Shown here: positions 9,721-23,300 of the stretch, piece by piece
How the letters are laid out: each line of letters starts with the position of its first letter
Numbering within the stretch: the stretch's first letter is position 1
Translations under genes and position numbers: made by a program
DNA from: Fimbriosthenelais zetlandica
Taxonomy: Eukaryota
Direction: 5' to 3'
NCBI GenBank assembly: GCA_977030845.1
Contig: OZ365112.1
Location: 6,448,001-6,512,000, forward strand
Length of the DNA stretch: 64,000 bases
The notes under the pieces: model-generated
What the model was told of the DNA's origin: nothing
Databases searched by the model: none
The model's input: only the letters and a program-made list of their open reading frames with translations

Positions 9721-12700
9721 AAGTAAATCAGACAACAAACGGGCTCGTTGCTGGCAGCTTCATACTAGACTAATTCATCCGCTACAAGAGGTCAAACAAT
9801 CGCCAGCCTGCCATATAGCTCACTCTCCATATCATTGCTACTGGAGCAGCTCACAGGTGGCGGGTGAGCCGCTCGCGTATTGTGCTCACACTGCCGCTGG
9901 CATGTTTACATTGAGATGGCATCCCCATTTGATTCCATGTCACTCACAACTCATCTTTGTCAATATGGAATGAACATTCTCCTTGCCGTGAACTATGACT
10001 ATGTGATCTCTCACGGCAGTGTAAACTCCAGTACACTTGACACCTGACTATAAGGCCACCTAATCCAAAGCAACCTTTCTAACGACTACAACATATACAT
10101 ATTGTATGCTTAAGCTTTAAATAAAGTATGAGTATGTGATAAAGATTGTACTTGCAGTTGCATTATTGAAAATCCTATAAACATACATCCAAATGCATTG
10201 TTATATTCTGTTATTACTCCAAGGAAACATAATAATGTAGTAAGAACGGACTCTCAAGAGTTCACATGGCTTTACTACTTATCAATTCCTCTATCAGGAT
10301 GAATAAAATGTTCACCTTCTTACAATATAAAAAGGACTACTGTCGCATTTAATAAAACTACACAGTTGTACCCTTTCAAGAAGAGGCATATATATGTCAT
10401 GGACTATAGGGAAAGAAGGTATAGTGCAGCATTACTGCATGACAATGGGACCGTACACAACAGATGTGCTCCTCTGGCTTTTTATTTCCCTTATCACAGT
10501 GCATTGGACCTGATCTTCAGGCTGTAGAATTGCATGTGTGACATTATGAGATTTATGTCTGTTGCTTTAAGAGAATGTCCGCATCTGTAGACGGGAATAT
10601 GTCAGATTTGCCGGCTTCAAGGTGACCTCCATCTATAATACATGCACGTGTTGGCAATGGCTGATACTGCAGCCATGGTCGTTTTGTTATGTGTTGTGTA
10701 TGCACCAGCAGCTAGCAATACCCCTGGAGGGGATCCTATCTTAGTCCTATTTCACTCTTTCCACTGCTGCAGATATGCCTTTAAAAGGACACCATGCATC
10801 GTCCTCAGTCCCACATGCAAAAGCCTACCTCACCCAATCCCCCAATAACGCAGAAGTTTCAACGAGCAAATTTTATTCTTCCCAATCAGAGTGGTCTAAA
10901 GTTGGTCGTGGGAATCCCATTAGGTGATGCGAGGTGTGGGGAGAGGTGACTGGAGAGGTGGTCCTGACATGATCTGGTAGGGAGGAGAGAGTACAGTGGT
11001 ATTCGGCAGAGGCGCCTCGGTGTGTTAGGCGGCCAACTGATAGGCAGAGAGACCGGGACCGATTGAATTAAGGCCTTGCAGAAGACAGCCAAAATAAATC
11101 ACACTCAAGGGCAAAGGATAACTCCCTTCCTACGGCTACGGTCATTGTAAAAGCGAATGAAGCCGCGAGTGGGGAGGTTGGGACGAGGGAGCTAGAGGAG
11201 GGATGGGGGGAGAAGGGATTGGGATAAGACGCTAGGCGCCACCAAAGCGAAGACCCCTCTAGTGAACTGCTCCGAGTAGCTCCCCTGGTCAGGAAAAATA
11301 GGAGGACAGAGGGGGGATCACTCCAAGATGGGAGGGAGGGAGCTTCTATTTGAACGCCATGATCAGAGAAAACGGGAGCCCAGCACAATTGATTCTTCCT
11401 GGAGAAAGAAGCATTATAAAAACAAGTCTGGTGGAAGGGCAGCAAAGCGGAGGGAATGGGCGGGGTGATACGGATTGATAGGGTGAGAGCAGGAACCAAT
11501 AAAAGGGTGAAGGCAATGGCAGGGAAAGGGAGGTACTCGGACAGGCCCTGGGCCACAAGGGGAAGCTGTCATCCCCCGTCACCTGCCCCACCTTTCTCCC
11601 CTTCATCCATTATCCCCCAAACCTCAACCTCTTCCCGCACCTTTTTTTTCTGTTAAATCCGATCCATATGCCAATATAAATATGCCCACATACCCTCATC
11701 CCAGTGTATATTCATAAGCGAATATTTCTGTTCGTTAAGGGTTAGAAAATAGCGAAAGTATAGGATATTGACTTGTAGAACGAAAATGGCTGCATAACAT
11801 AAATCAGGGAAGGGCAAACAGTATTGGGAAGATAGAACACAGTGGCTCTAAATTGGATTGATATGGGGGCAGGGATGACTCTACAACTTTGCAAACCGTC
11901 GGCAATGGCAAAACAAGTTATGTGACCGTAGCTGACTGGAGATATTTTTATCAGAGCCGAATGTGCAAAGAATACCCAATGTATAACGATATTTAGCAAA
12001 TGTTCTCATCCTGAACATGGCAATGTGTGAAATAATCATATATACAGTGTCATATATTAGCTCATTCTTGTACTTTGCTTTCACACGGAATAGTCAAACA
12101 TAACGAAATTCATAGAATGTAGAATTCAGTGGCAGTGTTTCCAATTCGTGTATGTATACATGTCCTTCTTCCTTAAAAGCTAATGGACTGGTCTTCATAA
12201 TACTACTGTGAATATTGAAACAACCTGCAAAATGTAGCCTAATAAATGAGAAACATGCGCATATATCTACACATACATGTACACATCCCAGGGGCAAAAT
12301 GTGTAAAAGATGGAAAGGAAAACAAAAGTATCGTGGCTTCAGCTCATGAAGGGAATCTTTTGAAAGGGGAAACAGCTTGAAAGGAAGTATTCTGCTGGGA
12401 AAGAAATATTACTCTTAGTCGTCGGAGGCTTCTCTCTTTGATGTTTTATGGCTGCTCTCAAAGAAATAAAACTAATATCTGAACCATTGTTCAGTATATG
12501 TGTACGCATTTGCGCCCCGTGCAGAAGAAAGCATTATCGTGGTGAATAGTCGGGAGGTCTGCAGCATTAACACTAAACACATGATGGGAAAGACTACATT
12601 CCCGCCTGTATCATTTTTTTACTTCAATACTACGCCGTTTCATACGCTAGTTGTCCGAGAAAGAGGATACATAATTTTCACACCCTCAAACCTTTGCTCC

Positions 12701-15700
12701 TTTTCTCTCTCAGCCATACGAGTTTTACACAATGTTCCCTCGGCGATGGGCCGCATGCAGAAGAGCAGGAGGAGCGAGGGGGAATCGGTGAATTTTTACT
12801 CCCTTCATAATTAGTTCATTACTGAAAACTTCTCCCGGACATTAACTAGGTTTATACAACAGCCACTTGGTAATTAAAAGCGGATCCAAGGCAGTCAGCT
12901 TTCCAATAAGGGCGCAGGCCCTGGCATTAAATTGTTAGTTTCAATCCATTATGGAAAGTGTCCATATTGGCGTTTCCTGTGGAACTTTTTAAGTCCTGTG
13001 TAATGCCAGAATATTAGTCTGGAGTTGTGAGGAGCTGGTTTATTGCTTATTACATGGGGGAGAATGGATGGTGAAGGTACGATACATCAGGTACCCCAAG
13101 ATGGCAAGCCACATGGTGGTACGACCAGTCACCAAAACCACGTGATACCAAGCCAGATCCTGATACAAACATGGATATATCAGAGTTTAAGGGCCATATT
13201 GATGAGAGGTGGAAGGGGAGGGAGAGGGCGGTTTATGATACGAGGGTGGGATGGGAGACATCTACACAATACCTCACCCAAATTCCCATTTTCTATGATC
13301 CCCTGGTGTCCCTGGAGAGATCCCATGGGATGACGATGCAAGTGGTTGCTATGGACATTTTAGCCTCATCAGGATCAAAGAAATCCTGGCTGCAGTTTCA
13401 GTGATCCATCTCCCACTCTCTCATCCCTATCCCTCACAGTTTCCACCAGAGGAGCGGTCTGGATCAGGCTAAAGGATACTGGGAACCGCCTTCATAAAAC
13501 ACACAGCATCCCGAACATACTCTAAAACCACGACCACTCCAGGCCTGGCCACTAGTAGCCTTACCCTCAATGCTAGTGGCTTCACTGCTAATATTGTTTG
13601 TTGGAGAGACAAAACTGAATATTTAAATACATTTCGCTAATCTTAAGTTGACGGAAAGATGCTGCATCTATTATCATCTGTCGAAAAATCAATGAAGTTG
13701 ATACAGTTTGGGGGACAGGATTGACTATAATGCTAAGGGAGTAGCCTATTTTGATGAAGCAACCACTTTCGGAGAGATTCAGGGGCAAAGCAATGTACAT
13801 TTAGTTGGAATGAGTAACACAAATATGATTTATACTTGCATCGCCTAATTATAATCAGCCAAAAGCATGTTCAACAATGTATGTCAGCGGGGTGCCTATT
13901 TGATACTTATGTATGACACTTTTACTATAAACCCAAGCTATCTCCCTATAGTCCTTCCCTTACTTCATGATCCCAGAGGCTAGTTGGTGTAAAAACATTC
14001 TACCGCCTGATTTATGTGCAAATTGAGAGCTCGGGGTTATATATCGGCAAATGAGGAATGCTTGGAAAAAATAGCCATGCCTTGGTAAATATGTAAATGG
14101 GAAAGGCAGTATCACGAGAGGAGACATGTCAGCTTGGATGCAAGCGCTAAATTAGGGTTGAAACCAAGCTTTTTTAACAGCTAGGGACGGGTAGCGACAG
14201 CTTGCTGGGCCTTCCTCCTGCGGCCTCCTCATGATACAATTCCCGGTGGAATTGAATATCAAATTTTTATCAGTTCTGAAGTGCAAAAGAGTGGCAATGC
14301 TTGCATAAGTGTGTGTATGGAAAAGTGGGTTAAGACAGCCGTCTAAATATATTTCCCAAGAAAGTGTAGGCCGCTGTAAGAAAGGTGTTATTGCTAGAAT
14401 TACATTGGCATTTCCCCCCCATGTACAGTGGATCCCACTTCTGAATCATTAAAATTATATTAGGGGATCCCGGCGCACGGTAGGATGTCATTCTATATCC
14501 ATTGTGAATGGGGACATTTCTTTCAATTGGATTACCATCTATTGTCCATTATAGGAGCTGCTTCTCTAAGGACTTGTCATGATTAATGGGCTGGTAAAAG
14601 GTAATAAACTCACTTTACCATATAGATACAAAATACCACAGAAAAGAATACTGACTCTCAAAAAAATAACCAAACTGAAAACACTAAGTATCAAATCATA
14701 ACACTTGCAGGGATATTGAGACGATTTTATCAGCATTTTCAGTAGATTAGAGCGTGCATGCCTTTGGAAAGAAGCTGCAGCCTAATTCAAAAGGAAACTG
14801 AAGATGCTTTAGACAAAGCACCATGCAATGTGACATAATGTCAGGTATAGATTCATAGAGAGAGCACGAGAGGAGGCCTGTATGATTACCTCAATCATTG
14901 CGGCCAGGCTGGGGGGTGGTATAGGACCAGTGTTATAGCCAGCCCCGTCTACTAAGCGGATTGCTCTATCAATGTGAACATGCACAAATCCACACACTTG
15001 TCATGTCAACTTGTGGGTCCCTCATTAACATGCTAATAGTGACTTATATGGGAATGTATATAGACAGAAAGCCCAGGGTTGTTTGTGTAACCACAGATCT
15101 ACACAGACTTAGCCGAGCTTTAGATACAGTCTCTCTCTGCATGCTATTTTACCATCATGAATGTCTCAGACAGAGATACCACATAAATGCATTTAATCCG
15201 CTTTGAGATTCACATTGTGATAGGCTTGTAAGTCCCGTGTCTTTCTAGACATGATTTATGGGATTTGATTAACTATGGGTTAAGAAACACCAGGGAAGCC
15301 CAAAGAAGCAGCCATTTTGTCATCAGCATCTCTAGATGCCTTGTGTCATCATCAAGATAGTAGTTTACCAATGTATGAATGTTGAAAACTCAAATAAACA
15401 CCAGGTTTTCTTGGGTGAAGAAACTCAAGATATCTCAGGTATAGCTTTGCTAATTAATTGCGACAGTACAGTTATCTCAAATTTAATTTCCATCCATTCG
15501 ACTGATTAATTTTCAGTAATGAACATGAATCCGTGCGCTGTACTTATCGGATGACTAGTACTATAGCTTTTGGCTGGCATCCTGAAGCCAAATCAAGCAG
15601 GATATTTTTGGTGCACTTGTATATATCAATCTCGGAAGGACTGTGCCGGCCGACAAAGAAAAACGATATCATCTCAGGAGAGATGTCAACTGATATAACT

Positions 15701-18700
15701 GAAATAAGACATTTCATATCCGAGTACATTTCCCTTCTCTCGACATTCTAATCCTTGGACGTGTAGGACGGCGTGATTAAAGTAAAATCTCTACTATAGT
15801 GGTATAGATGGGCGCATGTATACAGCCATAGCCAGGGGCGTCTCCAGCCATGACATCGCTTTATTTCGTCATTCCTCTGGCACCCAGGAAAGCTCTTGTG
15901 AGTAAAACGAGCTAGATTAATTCCCGACTGGGAGGACTTTTAATAGCAACGGAAATTAATTCTTCTTATGTAATTTCATTATGTTCATATCAGGGAAGCG
16001 ATTGATTAAGTTGCTGGAGTCAATCGAGCAGGTTGGTGACAAACCGCTGCAGGTTGTGCATCATTGTCACTGCCGGGCCCTGCAGCACTCTTCTGGTCGG
16101 TCATTAAGGCAATCATGAGAAATTCATGTAATATTCCCGGCTTTATCATCAGCTACGAGCTGCAGCCTCAGTGCTAGCAAAGCGACGGGACGGAAAAGTC
16201 CTGGGCTGAATTGATACCAGCCATGAAGTCTAAAATAGTTCATTGAAATAGCTGGTGCCAAGTATCATATTAAGCCATATCGACTTGCGGGCCGGGAGCT
16301 GAGCTGGCCAAAAGGACCTTGCGGTCCCTGATAACAACCAATGTGCCACGAGTTATTTTTCTGTGTACATTTGCACGAGCTGAACTTGGGGTTTACTTTG
16401 TGCCAGATCTATTCCTGGAATTTCCCCTGCTCTCTTTCCCGAGCTCAGTCCCGCCCGCTCTGTTCTCCCTCAATGGTGCTCTGTGCAGTGAAACCACCAC
16501 CTTCTGAAGACCACCGACTAAAGTGATCAAATCAAAGCACCATTTCTAAAATTTTGAAATGAGGGTTTTAAAATTGAGGAATCAACGCGTCATAGACTGC
16601 AGTTTACTCAGTTCACTTTAACACATGAGAATCTAGGATGAAACCACTAAACTCCACTCACATTTAATATCAAAATAACACTTTGTTCTTTGCATTGTCC
16701 ACTGCTGGAACCCAACTAGCTGCGATAATTTCCACCACTACAATGTGGGAAAACAACATTATCCAGGGGGAGATTGTTCCTGGTAAATATTTTGCTTTTG
16801 GCAACAGTTGGCAGTTTTGTCTCGGAGCAATGGAGGTTCGTATACAGTGATGACAACAGCAGAATCTAGTTGTATGAAAAAGATGAAATCAGTGGCCCGG
16901 GCCCGTCCCACAATAGGGGCGCGCGCCACATAATAAGGCCCCCAGGTGGCGCGCATTGCTGTATCACCATCTTATGATCTTTGTATATGCTAGCTCACAC
17001 CCTCCATTCAACATGAAAAGCCATAATTTCATTTTGCATTCCCATTAATCATTCAGGACTGTTCCGATGGCCATTCCCTATTTGAAATGAATCCAGGAAA
17101 TATCCACCAATAGATATGGCATTGCTTTCACATTTTATGAATCTGCAGGAAGTATTATGATGACAGGAAAGCAGAGAAAGAAAGGACTATAGGGGAGGAG
17201 AAGAGTTATTCTTAAAGAAAGATCAATGGAAAATTGCTGGATGTGTGTGATGGCAAATTGACATCCAGTCCAAACAAAATGACGGTGAATAATTGCTAGA
17301 TTCTGAGCGTGTGCTGAAAAGTGTATGGGGCGGGAATGCACTTAACTATGGCAATAATGGAAGAGTATAGGGGTAAGGGGGAGGAGGTGAGGAAGAGGAA
17401 GAAAGATGGTGACGCCTTGGAAGGTCTTTATCTTTTTTAACAAAGGGTAGGTGAAGTTGGGAAACGGACACTTTGATGGAATTTTGATGGGAAAATGTGG
17501 CACAATAAAGGCAAAAGAGACCTAGCATAGAGCACGCCAACTGGAGATGTGCCCCCATCCCCATCCCTACGCCTTATTCTAGAGGGAAATGCCATTGTCA
17601 CTAGAATGTCACATTTATGTACCTGGTGCTCCCCTCTCCTTTGGAAGTACTCTGGGTGGAATCTTTATTTAATTACAACGTCACCATTTGCTGTAATTAC
17701 CGGACTATGACAGGCCCCTAGCGATGTGCCTTCTCCCATCTAGACAAGAAAAAAACTGCAAGAGGAAAACATTAGCTCTACGAAGAGTCCAAATGCTGTT
17801 ATAGGTGAGGAGGCGACTGGGAGGGCAGTTGTGGCATTGGCTAGAGAGCTGAAGGCATTAAGGTTGCCTTGGGTAAGAGTCAAAAGTAATTTAAGGCCTG
17901 GTTTGAAAGAAACATTAGCAGCCTGTCAATGAGTATAATTATCCAAACGACAAGCATGCCATGGCAGTCATTGCCTTTTTTGAGGGTCGGGAAGCATTTT
18001 AGCCACGGACTCCTGTTGCCGATTGGACAAGGTGGCGAAGACCCAACGAGGCTCCGTGTGAAAGGGTTAAAAATGTGATGCGATAATGGATCAATGTTGA
18101 AATGTGACGGTTTGTTGTAATTACAAGCGAAGCTGTAATGACGAACATTGAATGTGACGGGTGCGTTTAAACAATTTCCCAGTCAGAAAATGAGAATAGT
18201 AACACTTGTTCGTTGGGCTCCGACTCCAACTCGGTATTTGTTTCGAAAACTGAGGCCTTTCTAAAGGAAAGGTGATATATTGACACTAAAAGCTGTTTTT
18301 AGTTTTCATACTGGTGTCGGTAGCTCACCTGAACAGTGGATATGTAGGCAGAAACAGCTATTGCATTCAGCACCCGACAAAATGGGTGCATACATTCACA
18401 TATGACTAAAATATGGTTCAGGAAAGGTCTCGGTCTGCCTGGAATACTAAATAATCACACATTAGTCCCTGAGCCGTAAAGGTGAGCCCGGCTAGTTTAC
18501 AATGCAATGGTTGCCAGTTGCATACCATGGAAAATCCCTCTGGGAACACTAAACACAACATCTTGAAAGAAGGCACAGTCTGCTGCACACATTCTATGTG
18601 CAACAAGGGAAATGAGGGAAGAGGCTGAGGTAGGATGTGCATTCTAACTAGTACCTCTTCCTTTGCGTCACTTTAAGGTAATTCTGCTCGGCGTCTATGC

Positions 18701-20214
18701 ATTATATTCAGTGGCCTACTTATGCAATAACCACTAATGGCCTGGTTTCTGTTAAGGCTAACAGTGCTACACGAAGGAGGAAAAAAATCACAGTAGAGAA
18801 TGTTTTTCATTTTAATGGGGTCGTGCGCTATGTTGCCCGAAAACAGCACCTTTAAGAAGTACCTCAACATTTAGGCCAAAGTCTAATTCACGAGGTCCTT
18901 AGGTAAAACCCTGATATTTCAAACACTAGGCTTGTTTTTCTTTCTCTGAGGCCAGGAGATCTAGTTAGATGACATTTCTGTTTCAAAGCTTGGTGTAGGG
19001 TAACGGTACAAACATTGTGAATTCAATGACTAAGCAACCATTTTAACCATGATCACGCAATATCACATGATGATTAGCAGGCAGGTGGAGTTAGTCCTAA
19101 AAATGGATAGCTTTATTACACTGGCTGAAGTGAGACACTGAGCAAAAAGTCGAATAACAAATGCTGAGGGGAATGATTTCCCATTAACATTTCATATCCA
19201 GCTATCATATTTAATGCGCATAACCATCTGGGTGAAAAACTAGTAATCTTTTTCCTCTATGTAGTATAAAGATTAGTATCCAAGAGCCTCGAGAAAATGC
19301 TGAGATGGCTGAAGATCGTATTTAGAACGCCGGTGGAACTTGATAGAAAAATGAGAATATGGAGAGGAGGTCTGAGATAAAATATATCACCTGTCATATA
19401 ACAGTAAAGCTGCCAAGACAAAGGTTAAGAAGAAGAGTAATGGCAAGCCTAATTATATACTATCTCTTAATGGACAAGGATAATTATTGGGTTATGATTG
19501 AGAACTTCTTAAATCTGTTTTCATACAGCGAAGCCATAATATTATATCCGGCAGTGCTCTTTTTATCTATTGCTTTGAAATGAATTGCCCCAATCGGAGT
19601 TAATAATTCCTGCATTATTTAAGGTTGACCCCTTAGGGGTGATCTTTTTCTCAGGGTTTTGAAATAGCTTAAGGGATCTGTTTTATATCCTCCGCAGAAG
19701 ATAATAATCCCTTATAAATAAGAACATAAATCATCCCCATGATATTGTAGAACAGTACGGTATAGGCCTACTACCACACCAACAGAAGTGTAGATACCAA
19801 AGATAGATAAATATCTTATTTCGCAATGTTTCCAAGCATTTCTTAAACCTTTTACTTTGTAAATTTAACTTTTCAGAGCTGATAAATTTGCCATGATACA
19901 AAGTTGATACTTCATTTAATTATGGCATTTACTATAACTACTTACCCATGTCTTTTAACCAGTTAATTTCTGCATGCTCACTCACCTAAAACAAAAGAGT
20001 AATGGGGTCAACGTTATCAAGAACTTTTGCTTCCTGGCCATTAATACCTTAATGCATTTTGCAATCCATCAAAACTACACATATCAATAACATTAGTGGG
20101 ATTTATATGTCATTACTTCACTCCCTTAAGGTGCAGCAACCCATGTTACTATTGTAATAAGCGCTGGCTGTTCCATCCTAGTCTAGGCTACACCTCACTG
20201 ACACTAAAGAGCTT

Positions 20215-20346
20215 AGGGCCACTGAGATGTTGGAAACATGTAAGCTTTATTTCTTCTAAGGGCCACTGAGATGTTGGAAACATGTAAGCTTCATTTCTTC
20301 TAAGGGCCACTGAGATGTTGGAAACATGTAAGCTTTATTTCTTCTA
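20215..20346 (+). repeat. Tandem repeat, 3 x 44 bp
   Basis: Unit AGGGCCACTGAGATGTTGGAAACATGTAAGCTTTATTTCTTCTA at 20215, 20259 and 20303. There is a single T>C difference in copy 2 and no spacers. Confidence 0.95.
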
Positions 20347-23300
20347 ATAACCTCCCCTTAATTGCTACAGCAACTGTACATCAATTTATTGTGACATCAT
20401 TTTTGATCTATAGAAGCTAGAACTAACCAGACGTGAGCTGATAATGGTGTTATGATATTCCACCTAATAGATAATTTGCTATAGGTCGCCCCCTTTTTAT
20501 GGTCGGCAAGCAATCCAAGACATGGTCGGCTAGTCCTCTCCTGGGGCAGTGCAAGATAGAACTTAATCATGGCTCAACCACTGGGGGTCAATAGCACTTC
20601 TTACATCACCAATTTTATTGACTTGCTATTACAGTGCAAGCCGCAGGATTGCAGATCGACATAACAGTTATTTTATTACCGGTTTCCTCATGTATAAGCT
20701 ATGGCCACCGGGTAATCAAACAAATCTATGTACCGAACGGTCAACTTCATAAGCAAAGGTTATACAAAAGCTATATAAACAGAATTAAATCTCTGAAGGT
20801 TTCATCCAGAAATCAGCCAGACATATATGCATTGTTTAATGAATTACTGAGTTATTTTTAAATCAGCTGAGAGTTCTGCTGGCTTCATTATTGACATCGA
20901 TTTGATTAAATCCTGGATTTCAGCTTCATGAAGGGTCTTTGTGATAACACATTGACAGAAATAAAAAATAACACAGATATTGGGAGAAGCTTTGTTTTGG
21001 TAAATGTCAACTGGCTTTTAAAATTGATGGCAGACAGTGATGTATGTTTGCAGGTCTCGTGATAGGGAATGTCAATATGGCATGAACGAGCACCATGAGG
21101 GAGTGATTTAATGGCTGATTCTGAGGGCGTAATGACGGAAAAATAGGCGGGATTCACATCACTGATTATTCCAGTCATAGATAATACCTGCTTTCTTAAA
21201 CATCCATCATCTCCACTGTAATGTTACAGTGGACACGACAGAGGATATATAGGTGGATGGGAAATATGTTGTTACCATGTTACTTTTGTTTCCATTTGTT
21301 GTTGGCATGTAGGTATAGGATTAGGTATATAGACTGGTGATTTAGGTTTACGCCATTCACAGCAGATAATAATAGGGTTGGTAACTGATCATAACTTTGA
21401 TATAAACCTGTATATATAAATTATATGAAATAAGGATTAAAATGTTTAAAATTCAGCTGAAATATATGAATAAAGTCATGTATGATTTATGACTTAAACC
21501 ACCCCAATAACGCTACACCTCAAAGGTGTGTGTATATCTGAATTATGAATCTAATAATTGTTTGATTTCCAAATACCATGTTTATGGTCGATTAGAGAAC
21601 AAGCAGCGTGGAGTTATTTTTGTTCTGATTATAGGGGAGCCAGCAAGGTGCCCGTTTTTTCCATTCACACATGGACTATGCTGCGTTGGTGGTTATGGCC
21701 TCTGTTGGTTGGAATACATGAGTATGAACTCTTGCTCCTTCTGAAGTAGGTTTTTACTCTTAAAACAAATTCCTCAGCTGTGCAGAAATCTAAAACAATT
21801 GAAGCTACTAATATAAATCAAAGTCAAGATGCGCTCCATTTGAAAAAAAAATCCTAATATTATTTTATCAATGTAGGATGTTGCTGGCTTATTACTGCTT
21901 GAGGCAAACAATTTTGATGATTGCATTGGTTTGTTTCCATGGTTAGGTTGGCTGGAATAGGGCGATAGGAAAGCAATTTCTCTACTTTCCCAGGCATTGC
22001 TCTTTTCACATAGATGCTCCAAATATAGACACGCCACACAAATACCTACGTGGGAAGAGCAAAGCTTTTAGCAGGAGTTTTTTTAAAAATCGATCAGATG
22101 TGAGCCTTAATTTGATTGTCAATCACACTATTATATCCCATTTGATGACATGGTGGCCATGGTAACCTTGTTCAACAGGCGGGGATGGATGGAAGGCAAA
22201 CGTCAAATACATCCTTGTCTGTATAATACTCCTGTTGATGATAATACTTACAATATCATCGATTGATATAATATCAGATAAGTGGACACCATCTAGGGCA
22301 GAGCCTTCGATTGCTTCAGTAATATATAACATGGCAGAGAATCTTTGACTACTTGGCACAGACGTGTATGTCATCGACCAATAGATGTGGAAATATTGCA
22401 TTAAAAGCTATGTACATATGCGGATTAACTTTAGTATTGACAATGCCTGGATTAAATAAAGCTTCCAAACATTAAATGTATGCACCTAGACGATGATCTC
22501 TGTATAGATGTCTTCCAAATCATCTTCTTTTATGACTTCTTTTTTTATCCATCCGTCAACTTCTTTTATCTTCTGTATGAACTGTTTAAACCAGATACAG
22601 AGGAATATTACCTCTAGTCCTACTTGTTTACAGATAGTTTCAAAGAGATACTTTCAGCCTTTACACTAAATTGACAGACGGCTTTCTTTACGTCTACCCC
22701 TCTCGTTCTCCCTAATCAGGTGTGGTCCAAAAGATTATAGTTCATTATTTCCTAAACTTAAAACTGAGTGTATAAAAGTTTTCCTCATCTGTACAACAAT
22801 ATAACATAGATGTGTTTTTATGGGAAATAATAGGGAATAATGGGAATCACATGAGTACAGGAAGACTCAGTTTCTTGAAGAAAAATCTTTTTGGCCCGAA
22901 CACGAATTACTTCCTCTCATCCGATGAAAAATGTAGTACATGCCAAGAGCCTTGTGCATCAGGGTGTGAATACAAACTTCCTTCAGAAGTACCAGCGTGC
23001 ACAGTGCAAGAGATGCAAAATTCAGGGGGCGACTGCTGGCTCTCCCTCCACGAGGTGTTCACTTATTTATTACCCAGAGGTAGATAGGATTACCCCCTGA
23101 TTAGCTATGTATGGCCTCGCCACCTCAAGATGCCTCCATCCCCACTAACTGCCAGTGCTAATTGATTGTGATAGGTTTTTTATTGGGGGCAGCCGGGGAT
23201 ATTGGAACCGGTTAGAATTTAGTAGCCACAAGAGCAGGTCTTATTCTAAATGGGACTTCGACTACGTAGATTAATTGCATTTAATCTTTAGAAGTAAGAG

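Noticed and set aside
9192-9973. Multiple overlapping ORFs of 62-154 aa
   Set aside because: They arise from the polypurine tract (G/R/E-rich on +, P/L/S-rich on -) and show no domain signal.
11068-11556. Longest ORF in the track (162 aa, minus strand)
   Set aside because: It is S/P/L-biased because of a pyrimidine-rich strand, overlapping frames are also open, and there is no recognisable domain.
13043-13333. GRMDGEG resembling the KDZ transposase G.xDGEG.ER motif
   Set aside because: The following residues (TIHQ) do not match ERxW, no other KDZ motifs are present, and there is an in-frame stop just upstream.
20215-20346. Possible CRISPR array
   Set aside because: The 44-bp units abut directly with no unique spacers, there are no cas genes, and the context is eukaryotic.
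22812-23087. Cys-rich ORF (CSTCQEPCASGC)
   Set aside because: The cysteine spacing matches no family I recognise, the ORF is short, and it has no supporting exon context.
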